This document shows, piece by piece, positions 26,510 through 41,578 of a stretch of 64,000 bases of DNA. The notes under the pieces are model-generated. The model saw only the letters and a program-made list of their open reading frames with translations. It did not search any database and had not been told where the DNA came from. This DNA is from Camelus dromedarius (Eukaryota): assembly GCF_036321535.1 (NCBI RefSeq), contig NC_087437.1:2232001-2296000 (forward strand), given 5' to 3'. A program made the translations under genes and the position numbers. Each line of letters starts with the position of its first letter. The first letter of the stretch is position 1.

Positions 26510-26783
26510 GCCTTCTCCTCTTCCTCAAAGAGCTAGATAGTTATATAGACACACTAAAATTCTACTCCAACAGACAGAATTTTAAATGACACACTATCTT
26601 ACTGCTATGCCTCCCCACATAGATAGATAGCTAGCCAGATCGATAGAGAGGCAGGCAAATAGAGAGTCATACTAGTCGCCTCCTCCTCCGTTGGAGAGAC
26701 AGACAGACACACACATAGTCTAGCTTCAACCATCCTCCAATAGATAGTCATTCAGGCAAGCAGTCAAACAGACAGACACACCA
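10153..26783. repeat. Three consecutive trimers B-A2-A1 (5544, 5543, 5544 bp)
   Basis: B markers at 10161, 15705, 21248, 26792. The 1-bp differences track G11 versus G12 in A2. Confidence 0.92.
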
Positions 26784-29700
26784 GAGGCGGGGTGCCGTCT
26801 GCCTACCTGGTTCGGCGGCGGGGCCCGGGGAAGAGGGTGCCCCTGGTGAACCAGAGGATTTTCTCCCATGTCCCTAGCTGCCTTGCCTCTGGGCGGCCTC
26901 CGCTAACCCAAGTTCGCCGGACGCAAGCCTTTGAAGTCAGCCTGCTCCTGGGAGCCGGCGAGGTAAGGACAGGGGAAGTGGTCAGCGGCAGACACGGAGG
27001 CGGCCCAGAACGCAAGAGGGATGCCTCGGCGAGTCGGTCATTTTCCTACCATCCCCCCTCTCCTGGCCTCGGGGCGGCCTCTGCTACCGCAGGTGTGCGG
27101 CAATTAATTCTCCTTGTCAGCCAGGTCCTGGGAGTCTGTCCAGGTGAGCCCAAGGGACACGGACGTCGCGGGGAGCGGACTGCCTCGGGTTAGCCGATCA
27201 GTTTGCTCCCATCCCCACAAGCGCCTGGCCTGGGGGCGGCCTGTCCTGCGCCAGGTTCAGAGTATGCACGTTTCCAGCTCAGCCAGCCCACCCGAGGCCG
27301 GCGCGCTGTGATCAGGGTCTGCAATGAGAAGTCGGGGCTGACTCACCGAGCCCGTGTATTTGTTCAGATCTCCCTCTTGGCTGGTCCTGGGCTAGGCCTC
27401 TACTACCCTAGGTCCACGAGGTGCTCATCTCTGTGTTTTTCAGCTCCGGGGAAGCCAGTGCGGGGTGGTCAGGGGGCGGGGAGGGGGCGGGGCGGGGGCG
27501 GGGCGGGGGCAGCTACAGAGAGGGCTGAAGCGGGATGCACGGGCTGCCCAGGCAAGCCTGCGGAATTCCATCCAGTGTCCCCCTCGGCCTGCAATGCGGG
27601 CGCCCTCTGCTGCTTCAGGGTGGCAATTGGCATCCCTCCAGGTGGGTCGAGTACTGGGAGGCTTCCTCCTTTAGACAGACAGAGAGACAAATAAAGAGAC
27701 AGACAGACACACTAGCCTCTTCATCCATTGAGAAACAGCCGTATATCCTAACCTCCTCCTCCTCATTCATTATATAGGTAGACAGATACATATATAGACA
27801 GACACACACACACACATACACACACTAGCCTCTTCCTACTCCTCAATTAAGTAGGTAGAGAGACACACTAATCTCCTCCTCCTTTAGATAATACATAGAC
27901 AAACTTAATACATTTTTCTCCTCCTCCATTAGATAGATGGAAAGTGAGATTGACCGATACACCCAGTAGCCGCTACCTTCTCCTGTTAGAGATACCGAGA
28001 GATAGCCAGACACATGGGATTATTTCTTCTTCTCCATTTGATATAGATAGAGACACACTCACAGACACACAGACAGACAGACACACTACTCTTCTCCTGC
28101 TCTGACAGACAGAGAGATAGACACTCTAGCCTCCTCCTTCTTCTCGAATACATACAGCTGCATAGATAGATATCTCCTATATAGACAGACAGACTTACTA
28201 GCTTACTCCTCGTCCATTCGATGCACACATAGACTGTTAGACAGACACAGTAGCCTCTTCCCCTCTTTGTTACACATACTTTGATAAAGAGACCCGCACG
28301 CACACACACACACACATACACACAGGCTAGCATCCTCCTCTTCCTCAAGTAGGTAGATAGGGAGATAGAAACACTAAATTCCTGCTCCGACAGACACACA
28401 AATAAAAAGACACACTTGCCTACTGCTGTGCCTGAACTACATAGGTCGATTTTTACACAGATTGATAGATACACAGATAGATAGAGAGATAGATAGGTAG
28501 AGAGGCAGGCAAATGGAGAGACATAATTTTCGCCTCCTCCTCCAGTAGATATATAGACAGACACACACATAGTCTAGCCTCTCGCATCCTCCAATAGATA
28601 GACAATCAGCCAGGCAGTCAGACAGACTGACACACGTGAGGCGCTGTGCAGTTTGGGGTTGGGTTTCAGCGGCGTCCACCGTGGACAGTTGTGCCCCTGG
28701 CGAGTCATAGGATTTTATCCCATGTCCCTAGCTGCCTTGCCTGCGGGCGGCCCCCGCTCCCCCAAATTCGACGGACTGAAGCTTTCAAGTTAGCCTGCTC
28801 GTGGCAGCAGGCGTTGTAAGGAAAGTGGAAGAGGTCAGCGGCAGCTCCGGAAGCGGCAGAGCATCTAAGGGGGATGCCTTGGCGAATCGGTCATTTTCCT
28901 CCCATTTCCCCCTCTCCTGGCCTCGGGGCAGCCTCTGCTACCGCAGGAGTGCGGGATTTCGTTGTCCTTCTCAGCCAGGTCCTAGGAAGCTGTCGAGGTG
29001 TGCTCAGGGAACAGGGATTTTACTTCTAGAGGACTGCCTCGGGTGAGCCGATCAGTTTGCTCCCATCTCCAAAAGCGCCTGGCCTGGGGGCGGCCTCTCC
29101 TTCCCCAGGTTCCCAGTATGCATGTTTCCAGCTCAGCCTGTGCCCTTAGGCAGGCGCGGTGTTCTTAGGGGCTGCATTGAGGAGGCGGGGCTGCTCCACC
29201 GAGCCCGTGTATTTGCACAGATCTCCCCGTTGACCGGTCCTAGGGTTGGTCTCTGCTACCCTAGTTACACGATGTACACATCTCGGTGTTTTCCGGCTCC
29301 CGGGAGGCAAGTGCGGGGTGGTCAGGGGGCGGGGTGGGGGGTTGGAGTGGCGGTGGCGCCTACACAGAGGGAAGAAGAGGGATGCACGGGCTGTCCAGGG
29401 AAGCCTGTGGATTTCCATCCAGTGTCCCCCTCGGCGTGCAATAAGGGCGCCCTCTGCTGCTTCAGGGTGGGATTTGGCATCCCTCCAGCTGGGCCTAATA
29501 AAGGGAGGCTTCCTCCATTAGAGAGAGAGACATAAAATAGACAGACAGACACACTAGCCTCTTCCTCCATTTAGAAACACCCATATGTCTTAACCTTCTC
29601 CTCCTAATCCATTATATAGGTAGACAGATACATACATAGACAGACAGACAGACAGACACACACACACACACAAACCCAAACCCACACACAACCTTCCCTC

Positions 29701-30170
29701 CTACCAGTCCTCAATTAAGTAGGTAGAGAGACACACTAATCGCCTTCTCCATTAGATAATAAACAGACAAACGGTATAGACTATTTCTACTCCTCATTTA
29801 GATAGATGGAATGTGAGACTGACGCATTCACACACTAGCCTCTACCTTCTCCTGTTAGAGAGACAGACAGATAGCCAGACTCATGAAATCCTCCATCTTC
29901 TCCATTAGATATACATAGAGAAATCTCTAAGATGCACAGTGAGACAAACACTAGTCTTCTCCTCCTCTGACAGGCCGAGGGATAGATAATCAAGCCTCCT
30001 CATTCTTTTCCATTAGGTATAGTTACATACATACATATCTGATAATAGACAGCCAGACAGACATACTAGCCTACTCTTCCTCCATCAGATACATACATAG
30101 ACTGATAGACAGATACAGTAGGCTCCTCCCCCTTTAGATACAGATACATAGATAGACATCCCCACGAGCC

Positions 30171-30211
<41 letters not shown>

Positions 30212-30485
30212 GCCTTCTCCTCTTCCTCAAAGAGCTAGATAGTTATATAGACACACTAAAATTCTACTCCAACAGACAGAATTTTAAATGACACACTATC
30301 TTACTGCTATGCCTCCCCACATAGATAGATAGCTAGCCAGATCGATAGAGAGGCAGGCAAATAGAGAGTCATACTAGTCGCCTCCTCCTCCGTTGGAGAG
30401 ACAGACAGACACACACATAGTCTAGCTTCAACCATCCTCCAATAGATAGTCATTCAGGCAAGCAGTCAAACAGACAGACACACCA
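26784..30485. repeat. Dimer B-A(chimeric A2/A1), 3702 bp
   Basis: B markers 26792 and 30494 with a single A module at 28801. Confidence 0.9.
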
Positions 30486-33400
30486 GAGGCGGGGTGCCGT
30501 CTGCCTACCTGGTTCGGCGGCGGGGCCCGGGGAAGAGGGTGCCCCTGGTGAACCAGAGGATTTTCTCCCATGTCCCTAGCTGCCTTGCCTCTGGGCGGCC
30601 TCCGCTAACCCAAGTTCGCCGGACGCAAGCCTTTGAAGTCAGCCTGCTCCTGGGAGCCGGCGAGGTAAGGACAGGGGAAGTGGTCAGCGGCAGACACGGA
30701 GGCGGCCCAGAACGCAAGAGGGATGCCTCGGCGAGTCGGTCATTTTCCTACCATCCCCCCTCTCCTGGCCTCGGGGCGGCCTCTGCTACCGCAGGTGTGC
30801 GGCAATTAATTCTCCTTGTCAGCCAGGTCCTGGGAGTCTGTCCAGGTGAGCCCAAGGGACACGGACGTCGCGGGGAGCGGACTGCCTCGGGTTAGCCGAT
30901 CAGTTTGCTCCCATCCCCACAAGCGCCTGGCCTGGGGGCGGCCTGTCCTGCGCCAGGTTCAGAGTATGCACGTTTCCAGCTCAGCCAGCCCACCCGAGGC
31001 CGGCGCGCTGTGATCAGGGTCTGCAATGAGAAGTCGGGGCTGACTCACCGAGCCCGTGTATTTGTTCAGATCTCCCTCTTGGCTGGTCCTGGGCTAGGCC
31101 TCTACTACCCTAGGTCCACGAGGTGCTCATCTCTGTGTTTTTCAGCTCCGGGGAAGCGAGTGCGGGGTGGTCAGGGGGCGGGGAGGGGGCGGGGCGGGGG
31201 CGGGGCGGGGGCAGCTACAGAGAGGGCTGAAGCGGGATGCACGGGCTGCCCAGGCAAGCCTGCGGAATTCCATCCAGTGTCCCCCTCGGCCTGCAATGCG
31301 GGCGCCCTCTGCTGCTTCAGGGTGGCAATTGGCATCCCTCCAGGTGGGTCGAGTACTGGGAGGCTTCCTCCTTTAGACAGACAGAGAGACAAATAAAGAG
31401 ACAGACAGACACACTAGCCTCTTCATCCATTGAGAAACAGCCGTATATCCTAACCTCCTCCTCCTCATTCATTATATAGGTAGACAGATACATATATAGA
31501 CAGACACACACACACACATACACACACTAGCCTCTTCCTACTCCTCAATTAAGTAGGTAGAGAGACACACTATTCTCCTCCTCCATTAGATAATAGATAG
31601 ACAAACTTAATACATTTTTCTCCTCCTCCATTAGATAGATGGAAAGTGAGATTGACCGATACACCCAGTAGCCGCTACCTTCTCCTGTTAGAGATACCGA
31701 GAGATAGCCAGACACATGGGATTATTTCTTCTTCTCCATTTGATATAGATAGAGACACACTCACAGACACACAGACAGACACACTACTCTTCTCCTGCTC
31801 TGACAGACAGAGAGATAGCCACTCCAGCCTCCTCCTTCTTCTCGAATACATACAGCTGCATAGATAGATATCTCCTATATAGACAGACAGACTTACTAGC
31901 TTACTCCTCGTCCATTCGATGCACACATAGACTGTTAGACAGACACAGTAGCCTCTTCCCCTCTTTGTTACACATACTTTGATAGAGAGACCGCACGCAC
32001 ACACACACACACACACACACATACACACAGGCTAGCATCCTCCTCTTCCTCAAATAGGTAGATAGGGAGATAGAAACACTAAATTCCTCCTCCAACAGAC
32101 AAACAAATAAAAAGAAACACTTGCCTACTGCTGTGCCTGCACCTCATAGGTCGATTTTTACACAGATTGATAGATACACAGATAGATAGAGAGATAGATA
32201 GATAGAGAGGCAGGCAAATGGAGAGACATAATATTCGCCTCCTCATCCAGTAGCTATATAGACAGACACACACATAGTCTAGCCTCTCGCATCCTCCAAT
32301 AGATAGACAATCAGCCAGGCAGTCACACATTCTGACACACGTGAGGCGGTGTGCAGTCTGGGATTGGGCTTCAGCGGCGGCGACCGGGGACAGGTGTGCC
32401 ACTGGCGAGCCATAGGACTTTATCCCATGTCCTTAGCTGCCTTGCCTGGGGGCGGCCCCCGCTCCCCCAAATTCGACGGACTGAAGCTTTCAAGTTAGCC
32501 TGCTCGTGGCAGCAGGCGTTGTAAGGAAAGTGGAAGAGGTGAGCGGCAGCTCCGGAAGCGGCAGAGCATCTAAGGGGGATGCCTTGGCGAATCGGTCATT
32601 TTCCTCCCATTTCCCCCTCTCCTGGCCTCGGGGCAGCCTCTGCTACCCCAGGAGTGCGGGATTTAGTTGTCCTTGTCAGCCAGGTCCTAGGAAGCTGTCG
32701 AGGTGTGCTCAGGGGACAGGGATGTCGCTTCTAGAGGACTGCCTCGGGTGAGCCGATCAGTTTGCTCCCATCTCCACAAGCGCCTGGCCTGGGGGCGGCC
32801 TCTCCTTCCCCAGGTTCGCAGTATGCATGTTTCCAGCTCAGCCTGTGCCCTTAGGCAGGCGGGGTGTTCTTAGGGGCTGCATTGAGGAGGCGGGGCTGCT
32901 CCACCGAGCCCGTGTATTTGCACAGATCTCCCCGTTGACCGGTCCTAGGGTTGGTCTCTGCTACCCTAGGTACACGATGTACACATCTCGTTGTTTTCCG
33001 GCCCCCGGGAGGCAAGTGCGGGGTGGTCAGGGGGCGGGGGGGGGTGGCGTTGGTGCCTACACAGAGGGAGGAAGAGGGATGCACGGGCTATCCAGGGAAG
33101 CCTGTGGATTTCCATCCAGTGTCCCCCTCGGCGTGCAATGAGGGCACCCTCTGCTTCTTCAGGGTGGGATTTGGCATCCCTCCAGCTGGGCCTAATAAAG
33201 GGAGGCTTCCTCCATTAGACAGACAGAGAGACATATAAAGAGACAGACAGACACACTAGCCTCTTCATCCATTGAGAAACAGCCGTATATCCTAACCTCC
33301 TCCTCCTCATTCATTATATAGGTAGGCAGATACATATATAGACAGACACACACACACACATACACACACTAGCCTCTTCCTACTCCTCAATTATGTAGGT

Positions 33401-35714
33401 AGAGAGACACACTAATCTCCTCCTCCATTAGATAATACATAGACAAACTTAATACATTTTTCTCCTCCTCCATTAGATAGATGGAAAGTGAGATTGACCG
33501 ATACACCCAGTAGCCGCTACCTTCTCCTGTTAGAGATACCGAGAGATAGCCAGACACATGGGATTATTTCTTCTTCTCCATTTGATATAGATAGAGACAC
33601 ACTCACAGACACACAGACAGACAGACACACTACTCTTCTCCTGCTCTGACAGACAGAGAGATAGACACTCTAGCCTCCTCCTTCTTCTCGAATACATACA
33701 GCTGCATAGATAGATATCTCATATATAGACAGACAGACTTACTAGCTTACTCCTCGTCCATTCGATGCACACATAGACTGTTAGACAGACACAGTAGCCT
33801 CTTCCCCTTTTTGTTACACATACTTTGATAAAGAGACCCGCACGCACACACACACACACATACACACAGGCTAGCATCCTCCTCTTCCTCAAGTAGGTAG
33901 ATAGGGAGATAGAAACACTAAATTCCTGCTCCGACAGACACACAAATAAAAAGACACACTTGCCTACTGCTGTGCCTGAACTACATAGGTCGATTTTTAC
34001 ACAGATTGATAGATACACAGATAGATAGAGAGATAGATAGGTAGAGAGGCAGGCAAATGGAGAGACATAATTTTCGCCTCCTCCTCCAGTAGATATATAG
34101 ACAGACACACACATAGTCTAGCCTCTCGCATCCTCCAATAGATAGACAATCAGCCAGGCAGTCAGACAGACTGACACACGTGAGGCGCTGTGCAGTTTGG
34201 GGTTGGGTTTCAGCGGCGTCCACCGGGGACAGTTGTGCCCCTGGCGAGTCATAGGATTTTATCCCATGTCCCTAGCTGCCTTGCCTGCGGGCGGCCCCCG
34301 CTCCCCCAAATTCGACGAACTGAAGCTTTCAAGTTAGCCTGCTCGTGGCAGCAGGCGTTGTAAGGAAAGTGGAAGAGGTCAGCGGCAGCTCCGGAAGCGG
34401 CAGAGCATCTAAGGGGGATGCCTTGGCGAATCGGTCATTTTCCTCCCATTTCCCCCTCTCCTGGCCTCGGGGCAGCCTCTGCTACCGCAGGAGTGCGGGA
34501 TTTCGTTGTCCTTCTCAGCCAGGTCCTAGGAAGCTGTCGAGGTGTGCTCAGGGAACAGGGATTTTACTTCTAGAGGACTGCCTCGGGTGAGCCGATCAGT
34601 TTGCTCCCATCTCCAAAAGCGCCTGGCCTGGGGGCGGCCTCTCCTTCCCCAGGTTCCCAGTATGCATGTTTCCAGCTCAGCCTGTGCCCTTAGGCAGGCG
34701 CGGTGTTCTTAGGGGCTGCATTGAGGAGGCGGGGCTGCTCCACCGAGCCCGTGTATTTGCACAGATCTCCCCGTTGACCGGTCCTAGGGTTGGTCTCTGC
34801 TACCCTAGTTACACGATGTACACATCTCGGTGTTTTCCGGCTCCCGGGAGGCAAGTGCGGGGTGGTCAGGGGGCGGGGTGGGGGGTTGGAGTGGCGGTGG
34901 CGTCTACACAGAGGGAAGAAGAGGGATGCACGGGCTGTCCAGGGAAGCCTGTGGATTTCCATCCAGTGTCCCCCTCGGCGTGCAATAAGGGCGCCCTCTG
35001 CTGCTTCAGGGTGGGATTTGGCAACCCTCCAGCTGGGCCTAATAAAGGGAGGCTTCCTCCATTAGAGAGAGAGACATAAAATAGACAGACAGACACACTA
35101 GCCTCTTCCTCCATTTAGAAACACCCATATGTCTTAACCTTCTCCTCCTAATCCATTATATAGGTAGACAGATACATACATAGACAGACAGACAGACAGA
35201 CACACACACACACACAAACCCAAACCCACACACAACCTTCCCTCCTACCAGTCCTCAATTAAGTAGGTAGAGAGACACACTAATCGCCTTCTCCATTAGA
35301 TAATAAACAGACAAACGGTATAGACTATTTCTACTCCTCATTTAGATAGATGGAATGTGAGACTGACGCATTCACACACTAGCCTCTACCTTCTCCTGTT
35401 AGAGAGACAGACAGATAGCCAGACTCATGAAATCCTCCATCTTCTCCATTAGATATACATAGAGAAATCTCTAAGATGCACAGTGAGACAAACACTAGTC
35501 TTCTCCTCCTCTGACAGGCCGAGGGATAGATAATCAAGCCTCCTCATTCTTTTCCATTAGGTATAGTTACATACATACATATCTGATAATAGACAGCCAG
35601 ACAGACATACTAGCCTACTCTTCCTCCATCAGATACATACATAGACTGATAGACAGATACAGTAGGCTCCTCCCCCTTTAGATACAGATACATAGATAGA
35701 CATCCCCACGAGCC

Positions 35715-35755
<41 letters not shown>

Positions 35756-38700
35756 GCCTTCTCCTCTTCCTCAAAGAGCTAGATAGTTATATAGACACAC
35801 TAAAATTCTACTCCAACAGACAGAATTTTAAATGACACACTATCTTACTGCTATGCCTCCCCACATAGATAGATAGCTAGCCAGATCGATAGAGAGGCAG
35901 GCAAATAGAGAGTCATACTAGTCGCCTCCTCCTCCGTTGGAGAGACGGACAGACACACACATAGTCTAGCTTCAACCATCCTCCAATAGATAGTCATTCA
36001 GGCAAGCAGTCAAACAGACAGACACACCAGAGGCGGGGTGCCGTCTGCCTACCTGGTTCGGCGGCGGGGCCCGGGGAAGAGGGTGCCCCTGGTGAACCAG
36101 AGGATTTTCTCCCATGTCCCTAGCTGCCTTGCCTCTGGGCGGCCTCCGCTAACCCAAGTTCGCCGGACGCAAGCCTTTGAAGTCAGCCTGCTCCTGGGAG
36201 CCGGCGAGGTAAGGACAGGGGAAGTGGTCAGCGGCAGACACGGAGGCGGCCCAGAACGCAAGAGGGATGCCTCGGCGAGTCGGTCATTTTCCTACCATCC
36301 CCCCTCTCCTGGCCTCGGGGCGGCCTCTGCTACCGCAGGTGTGCGGCAATTAATTCTCCTTGTCAGCCAGGTCCTGGGAGTCTGTCCAGGTGAGCCCAAG
36401 GGACACGGACGTCGCGGGGAGCGGACTGCCTCGGGTTAGCCGATCAGTTTGCTCCCATCCCCACAAGCGCCTGGCCTGGGGGCGGCCTGTCCTGCGCCAG
36501 GTTCAGAGTATGCACGTTTCCAGCTCAGCCAGCCCACCCGAGGCCGGCGCGCTGTGATCAGGGTCTGCAATGAGAAGTCGGGGCTGACTCACCGAGCCCG
36601 TGTATTTGTTCAGATCTCCCTCTTGGCTGGTCCTGGGCTAGGCCTCTACTACCCTAGGTCCACGAGGTGCTCATCTCTGTGTTTTTCAGCTCCGGGGAAG
36701 CGAGTGCGGGGTGGTCAGGGGGCGGGGAGGGGGCGGGGCGGGGGCGGGGCGGGGGCAGCTACAGAGAGGGCTGAAGCGGGATGCACGGGCTGCCCAGGCA
36801 AGCCTGCGGAATTCCATCCAGTGTCCCCCTCGGCCTGCAATGCGGGCGCCCTCTGCTGCTTCAGGGTGGCAATTGGCATCCCTCCAGGTGGGTCGAGTAC
36901 TGGGAGGCTTCCTCCTTTAGACAGACAGAGAGACAAATAAAGAGACAGACAGACACACTAGCCTCTTCATCCATTGAGAAACAGCCGTATATCCTAACCT
37001 CCTCCTCCTCATTCATTATATAGGTAGACAGATACATATATAGACAGACACACACACACACATACACACACTAGCCTCTTCCTACTCCTCAATTAAGTAG
37101 GTAGAGAGACACACTAATCTCCTCCTCCTTTAGATAATACATAGACAAACTTAATACATTTTTCTCCTCCTCCATTAGATAGATGGAAAGTGAGATTGAC
37201 CGATACACCCAGTAGCCGCTACCTTCTCCTGTTAGAGATACCGAGAGATAGCCAGACACATGGGATTATTTCTTCTTCTCCATTTGATATAGATAGAGAC
37301 ACACTCACAGACACACAGACAGACAGACACACTACTCTTCTCCTGCTCTGACAGACAGAGAGATAGACACTCTAGCCTCCTCCTTCTTCTCGAATACATA
37401 CAGCTGCATAGATAGATATCTCCTATATAGACATACAGACTTACTAGCTTACTCCTCGTCCATTCGATGCACACATAGACTGTTAGACAGACACAGTAGC
37501 CTCTTCCCCTCTTTGTTACACATACTTTGATAAAGAGACCCGCACGCACACACACACACACACACACATACACACAGGCTAGCATCCTCCTCTTCCTCAA
37601 ATAGGTAGATAGGGAGATAGAAACACTAAATTCCTCCTCCAACAGACAAACAAATAAAAAGAAACACTTGCCTACTGCTGTGCCTGCACCTCATAGGTCG
37701 ATTTTTACACAGATTGATAGATACACAGATAGATAGAGAGATAGATAGATAGAGAGGCAGGCAAATGGAGAGACATAATATTCGCCTCCTCCTCCAGTAG
37801 ATATATAGACAGACACACACATAGTCTAGCCTCTCGCATCCTCCAATAGATAGACAATCAGCCAGGCAGTCACACATTCTGACACACGTGAGGCGGTGTG
37901 CAGTCTGGGGTTGGGCTTCAGCGGCGCCGACCGGGGACAGGTGTGCCACTGGCGAGCCATAGGACTTTATCCCATGTCCCTAGCTGCCTTGCCTGGGGGC
38001 GGCCCCCGCTCCCCCAAATTCGACGGACTGAAGCTTTCAAGTTAGCCTGCTCGTGGCAGCAGGCGTTGTAAGGAAAGTGGAAGAGGTGAGCGGCAGCTCC
38101 GGAAGCGGCAGAGCATCTAAGGGGGATGCCTCGGCGAATCGGTCATTTTCCTCCCATTTCCCCCTCTCCTGGCCTCGGGGCAGCCTCTGCTACCCCAGGA
38201 GTGCGGGATTTCGTTGTCCTTGTCAGCCAGGTCCTAGGAAGCTGTCGAGGTGTGCTCAGGGGACAGGGATGTCGCTTCTAGAGGACTGCCTCGGGTGAGC
38301 CGATCAGTTTGCTCCCATCTCCACAAGCGCCTGGCCTGGGGGCGGCCTCTCCTTCCCCAGGTTCGCAGTATGCATGTTTCCAGCTCAGCCTGTGCCCTTA
38401 GGCAGGCGCGGTGTTCTTAGGGGCTGCATTGAGGAGGCGGGGCTGCTCCACCGAGCCCGTGTATTTGCACAGATCTCCCCGTTGACCGGTCCTAGGGTTG
38501 GTCTCTGCTACCCTAGGTACACGATGTACACATCTCGTTGTTTTCCGGCCCCCGGGAGGCAAGTGCGGGGTGGTCAGGGGGCGGGGGGGGGGGTGGCGTT
38601 GGCGCCTACACAGAGGGAGGAAGAGGGATGCACGGGCTATCCAGGGAAGCCTGTGGATTTCCATCCAGTGTCCCCCTCGGCGTGCAATGATGGCACCCTC

Positions 38701-41272
38701 TGCTGCTTCAGGGTGACAATTGGCATCCCTCCAGCTGGGCCTAATAAAGGGAGGCTTCCTCCATTAGACAGACAGAGAGACATATAAAGAGACAGACAGA
38801 CACACTAGCCTCTTCATCCATTGAGAAACAGCCGTATATCCTAACCTCCTCCTCCTCATTCATTATATAGGTAGGCAGATACATATATAGACAGACACAC
38901 ACACACACATACACACACTAGCCTCTTCCTACTCCTCAATTATGTAGGTAGAGAGACACACTAATCTCCTCCTCCATTAGATAATACATAGACAAACTTA
39001 ATACATTTTTCTCCTCCTCCATTAGATAGATGGAAAGTGAGATTGACCGATACACCCAGTAGCCGCTACCTTCTCCTGTTAGAGATACCGAGAGATAGCC
39101 AGACACATGGGATTATTTCTTCTTCTCCATTTGATATAGATAGAGACACACTCACAGACACACAGACAGACAGACACACTACTCTTCTCCTGCTCTGACA
39201 GACAGAGAGATAGACACTCTAGCCTCCTCCTTCTTCTCGAATACATACAGCTGCATAGATAGATATCTCCTATATAGACAGACAGACTTACTAGCTTACT
39301 CCTCGTCCATTCGATGCACACATAGACTGTTAGACAGACACAGTAGCCTCTTCCCCTCTTTGTTACACATACTTTGATAAAGAGACCCGCACGCACACAC
39401 ACACACACATACACACAGGCTAGCATCCTCCTCTTCCTCAAGTAGGTAGATAGGGAGATAGAAACACTAAATTCCTGCTCCGACAGACACACAAATAAAA
39501 AGACACACTTGCCTACTGCTGTGCCTGAACTACATAGGTCGATTTTTACACAGATTGATAGATACACAGATAGATAGAGAGATAGATAGGTAGAGAGGCA
39601 GGCAAATGGAGAGACATAATTTTCGCCTCCTCCTCCAGTAGATATATAGACAGACACACACATAGTCTAGCCTCTCGCATCCTCCAATAGATAGACAATC
39701 AGCCAGGCAGTCAGACAGACTGACACACGTGAGGCGCTGTGCAGTTTGGGGTTGGGTTTCAGCGGCGTCCACCGGGGACAGTTGTGCCCCTGGCGAGTCA
39801 TAGGATTTTATCCCATGTCCCTAGCTGCCTTGCCTGCGGGCGGCCCCCGCTCCCCCAAATTCGACGAACTGAAGCTTTCAAGTTAGCCTGCTCGTGGCAG
39901 CAGGCGTTGTAAGGAAAGTGGAAGAGGTCAGCGGCAGCTCCGGAAGCGGCAGAGCATCTAAGGGGGATGCCTTGGCGAATCGGTCATTTTCCTCCCATTT
40001 CCCCCTCTCCTGGCCTCGGGGCAGCCTCTGCTACCGCAGGAGTGCGGGATTTCGTTGTCCTTCTCAGCCAGGTCCTAGGAAGCTGTCGAGGTGTGCTCAG
40101 GGAACAGGGATTTTACTTCTAGAGGACTGCCTCGGGTGAGCCGATCAGTTTGCTCCCATCTCCAAAAGCGCCTGGCCTGGGGGCGGCCTCTCCTTCCCCA
40201 GGTTCCCAGTATGCATGTTTCCAGCTCAGCCTGTGCCCTTAGGCAGGCGCGGTGTTCTTAGGGGCTGCATTGAGGAGGCGGGGCTGCTCCACCGAGCCCG
40301 TGTATTTGCACAGATCTCCCCGTTGACCGGTCCTAGGGTTGGTCTCTGCTACCCTAGTTACACGATGTACACATCTCGGTGTTTTCCGGCTCCCGGGAGG
40401 CAAGTGCGGGGTGGTCAGGGGGCGGGGTGGGGGGTTGGAGTGGCGGTGGCGCCTACACAGAGGGAAGAAGAGGGATGCACGGGCTGTCCAGGGAAGCCTG
40501 TGGATTTCCATCCAGTGTCCCCCTCGGCGTGCAATAAGGGCGCCCTCTGCTGCTTCAGGGTGGGATTTGGCAACCCTCCAGCTGGGCCTAATAAAGGGAG
40601 GCTTCCTCCATTAGAGAGAGAGACATAAAATAGACAGACAGACACACTAGCCTCTTCCTCCATTTAGAAACACCCATATGTCTTAACCTTCTCCTCCTAA
40701 TCCATTATATAGGTAGACAGATACATACATAGACAGACAGACAGACAGACACACACACACACACAAACCCAAACCCACACACAACCTTCCCTCCTACCAG
40801 TCCTCAATTAAGTAGGTAGAGAGACACACTAATCGCCTTCTCCATTAGATAATAAACAGACAAACGGTATAGACTATTTCTACTCCTCATTTAGATAGAT
40901 GGAATGTGAGACTGACGCATTCACACACTAGCCTCTACCTTCTCCTGTTAGAGAGACAGACAGATAGCCAGACTCATGAAATCCTCCATCTTCTCCATTA
41001 GATATACATAGAGAAATCTCTAAGATGCACAGTGAGACAAACACTAGTCTTCTCCTCCTCTGACAGGCCGAGGGATAGATAATCAAGCCTCCTCATTCTT
41101 TTCCATTAGGTATAGTTACATACATACATATCTGATAATAGACAGCCAGACAGACATACTAGCCTACTCTTCCTCCATCAGATACATACATAGACTGATA
41201 GACAGATACAGTAGGCTCCTCCCCCTTTAGATACAGATACATAGATAGACATCCCCACGAGCCCACGCGCGT

Positions 41273-41304
<32 letters not shown>

Positions 41305-41578
41305 GCCTTCTCCTCTTCCTCAAAGAGCTAGATAGTTATATAGACACACTAAAATTCTACTCCAACAGACAGAATTTTAAATGACACACTATCTTACTGC
41401 TATGCCTCCCCACATAGATAGATAGCTAGCCAGATCGATAGAGAGGCAGGCAAATAGAGAGTCATACTAGTCGCCTCCTCCTCCGTTGGAGAGACAGACA
41501 GACACACACATAGTCTAGCTTCAACCATCCTCCAATAGATAGTCATTCAGGCAAGCAGTCAAACAGACAGACACACCA
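30486..41578. repeat. Two trimers (5544, 5549 bp) containing variant A2 monomers
   Basis: B markers 30494, 36038, 41587. The A2 modules at ~32.3 and ~37.9 kb carry gaggcggtgtgcagtctgg and gtgtgccactggcgagcc variants. Confidence 0.9.
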
